In this document: positions 36,217 to 37,810 of the stretch, one piece after another | Layout of the letters: every line of letters starts with the position of its first letter | How positions within the stretch are numbered: position 1 is the first letter of the stretch | IMG/VR virus record: IMGVR_UViG_3300014541_000011 | Location: 1 to 37,810 of that record | Reading direction: 5' to 3' (one strand) | Origin: a virus | DNA: 37,810 nt | The notes under the pieces: model-generated | Seen by the model: the letters and a program-made list of their open reading frames with translations, nothing else | Databases searched by the model: none | What the model was told of the DNA's origin: nothing | Translations under genes and position numbers: made by a program

Positions 36217-36475
36217 GCAACGCCGCTATACGGCATCCTGTTCTCATGAGCGGCCCCGCCGCCCGTCGTGGAAATGGTGATGTTGTGGGAATGATTGCCA
36301 GCGTACGAGATAGGTTCAGTTTTCCATCTTCTGGACCCGTCACGGCCTTTGTGAGCGCAGTTATTGTATTGCCCCCAGTCGTCGCCTAATGAATTGCTTA
36401 GTTGAATATTGTGATTGTGATCCCCTGCAACTGCCGCCGTGGCGAGGTGGCTGTGAGGTGCCAGTTCACTCTCAG
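36195..36475 (-). CDS. Promoter-less alternative tip cassette V2b: (ESEL)APHSHLATAAVAGDHNHNIQ...GNHSHNITISTTGGGAAHENRMPYSGVAYWVRTQ*
   Basis: Frame opens at CTGAGAGTGAAcTGGC (rc of 36460..36475), homologous to 35898..35915. No start codon. HxH repeats. Absent from the ORF track because it has no Met. Confidence 0.7.
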
Positions 36476-36479
36476 CCCG

Positions 36480-36780
36480 TTAAGCCGTTCTTTCCCAATA
36501 TGCCACGCCCTGATACGGTTGGCGGTTTTCATGTCCTTCACCAGTCCCAGACGTGGCCAAAGAAACGGTGACAGCGTGGGAATGATTGCCATCTGTTGTG
36601 GTTTTTCCGAGGTAGTTATCGTGATCTGTTCCGGATGCCCCAGCATACCCACCTTGTGACGAATATTCGCCCAATGGATTGTTTTGTTTCACGTCACCTC
36701 TCCCACCGTGGTAATGAGCGCCGTTAGTACTGCAAGCCGCAGAAGCTCTGTGGGTGTGAGGCGCCAATTCACTCTCAGTG
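36480..36780 (-). CDS. Promoter-less alternative tip cassette V2c: (TESEL)APHTHRASAACSTNGAHYHGG...GNHSHAVTV...HENRQPYQGVAYWERTA*
   Basis: 18-nt perfect repeat CACTGAGAGTGAATTGGC (rc of 36763..36780) identical to 35898..35915 and in frame. The TTG in the ORF track is not a real start. Confidence 0.7.
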
Positions 36781-36792
36781 AAAGGAGATAAA

Positions 36793-37116
36793 ATGCACGT
36801 TTTTCAAATTTTGAACAATGAAGTCACCGTTATTGACGGTGACAAAACCTATATTGATTCCTATGACAATTTCGTGGCTGACGGGGGACGGCATGACATC
36901 CCCCGAAAAGTCATATACGACGAAGCCCAAAAATGCTGTGTGGTGGAAGACAGGTTCCTTCCGTATCCAAACTTTGAATTTGAGGACATTATCGCAACCC
37001 TTGATTCCCTTGTCGAAGCAAAGGAAAAGCGGGAGCCGCAACCAGAGGCCCCAGCCATGGACCCCAAAATCGCCCTTACAGACGATTACAACGAAAGCGC
37101 AAGGGGATTTGTCTAG
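36793..37116 (+). CDS. Hypothetical protein (possible fibre assembly factor)
   Basis: AAAGGAG RBS. Confidence 0.4.
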   Translation: MHVFQILNNEVTVIDGDKTYIDSYDNFVADGGRHDIPRKVIYDEAQKCCVVEDRFLPYPNFEFEDIIATLDSLVEAKEKREPQPEAPAMDPKIALTDDYNESARGFV

Positions 37117-37226
37117 CGCCTACACTATCGCTTGTCTGAGAGGCGATTTGACGGTACAGGAAAGTATTAAAAGCGATTTTGAAGCGTTACAAGAAGCCTA
37201 CAAGACGGAAATGGAGGAATTGAAAG

Positions 37227-37355
37227 ATGAAATTTAAGCTTCCAAAGCGTTGCCCCTATTGCGCTCACAAGCTGAGCGAAGAAGAGAAATGCGTGAACCC
37301 TGAATGCATTGCGTATGATCAGAAAAAAGACGAAAAGGAGCGTGAAGAAGAATGA
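37227..37355 (+). CDS. 42-aa zinc-ribbon protein (CPYC...CVNPEC)
   Basis: GGAGG RBS. ATGA overlap with the collar gene. Confidence 0.4.
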   Translation: MKFKLPKRCPYCAHKLSEEEKCVNPECIAYDQKKDEKEREEE

Positions 37356-37810
37356 CCACGAGAGCATTAGTACCGAATGCCGATGGGGAAGGCTCCCTGG
37401 GTATTGAAGGGTTAAATTGGGGAGCTATGTACGTCTCGTCCCCGGAAAAAGACGACGATTCTCAGAAAGTGCCGTCGACGGCGTGGGTGCGGCAAATCAT
37501 CGCAGAAGAAATCCAGAAGGCTTCCCTTTTCACCCTCGAACGCATCTTTCCCGTCGGCAGCATCTACACATCGCTTACTGACTCCCGCAATCCTTCTGAG
37601 ATACTAGGATTTGGCACATGGGAACCCTTGCCGGCAGGCTACACCCTCATCGCCCAAGGCCAAGGCACGGACCAGTTTGGCAGTTTTGAGTACGTAGCTG
37701 GACAAAAGTACGGCGAACGAATGCACCAACTCACTGCCGAGGAAATGGTGGACATGTCTTTGCCCGTTTGGTCCGACAAATACGGCGAAGAAAACGGCAT
37801 ACTCGGCGAA
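37352..37810 (+). CDS. 5' part of wrap-around collar-domain tail fibre gene (about 206 aa in total; continues at 1..239)
   Basis: Collar N-half FPVGSIY...LPAGY...GERMHQLTAEEM. In frame across the circular junction. Confidence 0.75.
   Translation, partial: MTTRALVPNADGEGSLGIEGLNWGAMYVSSPEKDDDSQKVPSTAWVRQIIAEEIQKASLFTLERIFPVGSIYTSLTDSRNPSEILGFGTWEPLPAGYTLIAQGQGTDQFGSFEYVAGQKYGERMHQLTAEEMVDMSLPVWSDKYGEENGILGE
37734..37810. repeat. 77-nt terminal overlap identical to 1..77 (circular contig signature)
   Basis: Exact identity, read directly. Confidence 0.9.

Noticed and set aside
36143-36652. ORF-track minus-strand ORFs 36143..36343 and 36398..36652 in the fibre cassette region
   Set aside because: These are wrong frames. 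The frame that continues in phase from the TESEL repeat and ends in a collar-type C-terminus is a different one, and it has no Met, so the ORF caller missed it.
1-37810. Diversity-generating retroelement as the source of tail-fibre variation
   Set aside because: No reverse transcriptase (YxDD) ORF anywhere, and no template/variable repeat pair. Variation is explained by discrete inverted cassettes.

Overview
This window looks like a complete, circularly permuted temperate phage genome. Its first 77 nt are identical to its last 77 nt, so the unique length is about 37,733 bp. GC is roughly 50% and the gene content looks Bacillota-like. Nearly all genes are on the + strand in the canonical order. 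In order: a lysogeny switch (tyrosine integrase with Xis-like HTH, ImmR/ImmA-type repressor-protease pair, Cro-like, Bro-N antirepressor); an early/replication module (SMC-like ATPase, RecT, MBL hydrolase, DnaD-like initiator with internal iterons, DnaC-like loader, SSB, VRR-NUC, ArpU/RinA-like activator); packaging (HNH, P27-family TerS, TerL); an HK97-type head (portal, protease, capsid, connectors); and a PBSX-like contractile tail (sheath, tube, chaperone with a -1 frameshift, tape measure, hub protein with an NlpC/P60-like domain, baseplate J and others). After these come two collar-domain tail-fibre genes, a second tyrosine recombinase and a lysis cassette. The standout observation concerns the two tail-fibre genes. 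Each is followed on the opposite strand by two start-less, RBS-less C-terminal cassettes that are in frame with the parent gene at short conserved repeats. The repeats are CTGCCGAnGAA for one gene and CTGAGAGTGAAyTGG for the other, and the cassettes sit next to the extra recombinase. I interpret this as a dual, Rci-like tail-fibre shufflon giving 3 x 3 alternative receptor-binding tips. Other points are a moron-like 31-aa membrane peptide cassette with consensus promoter and antisense promoter, a membrane-anchored DnaQ-like exonuclease with SAP domain in the lysogeny module, and a lysis cassette that hints at a diderm host.
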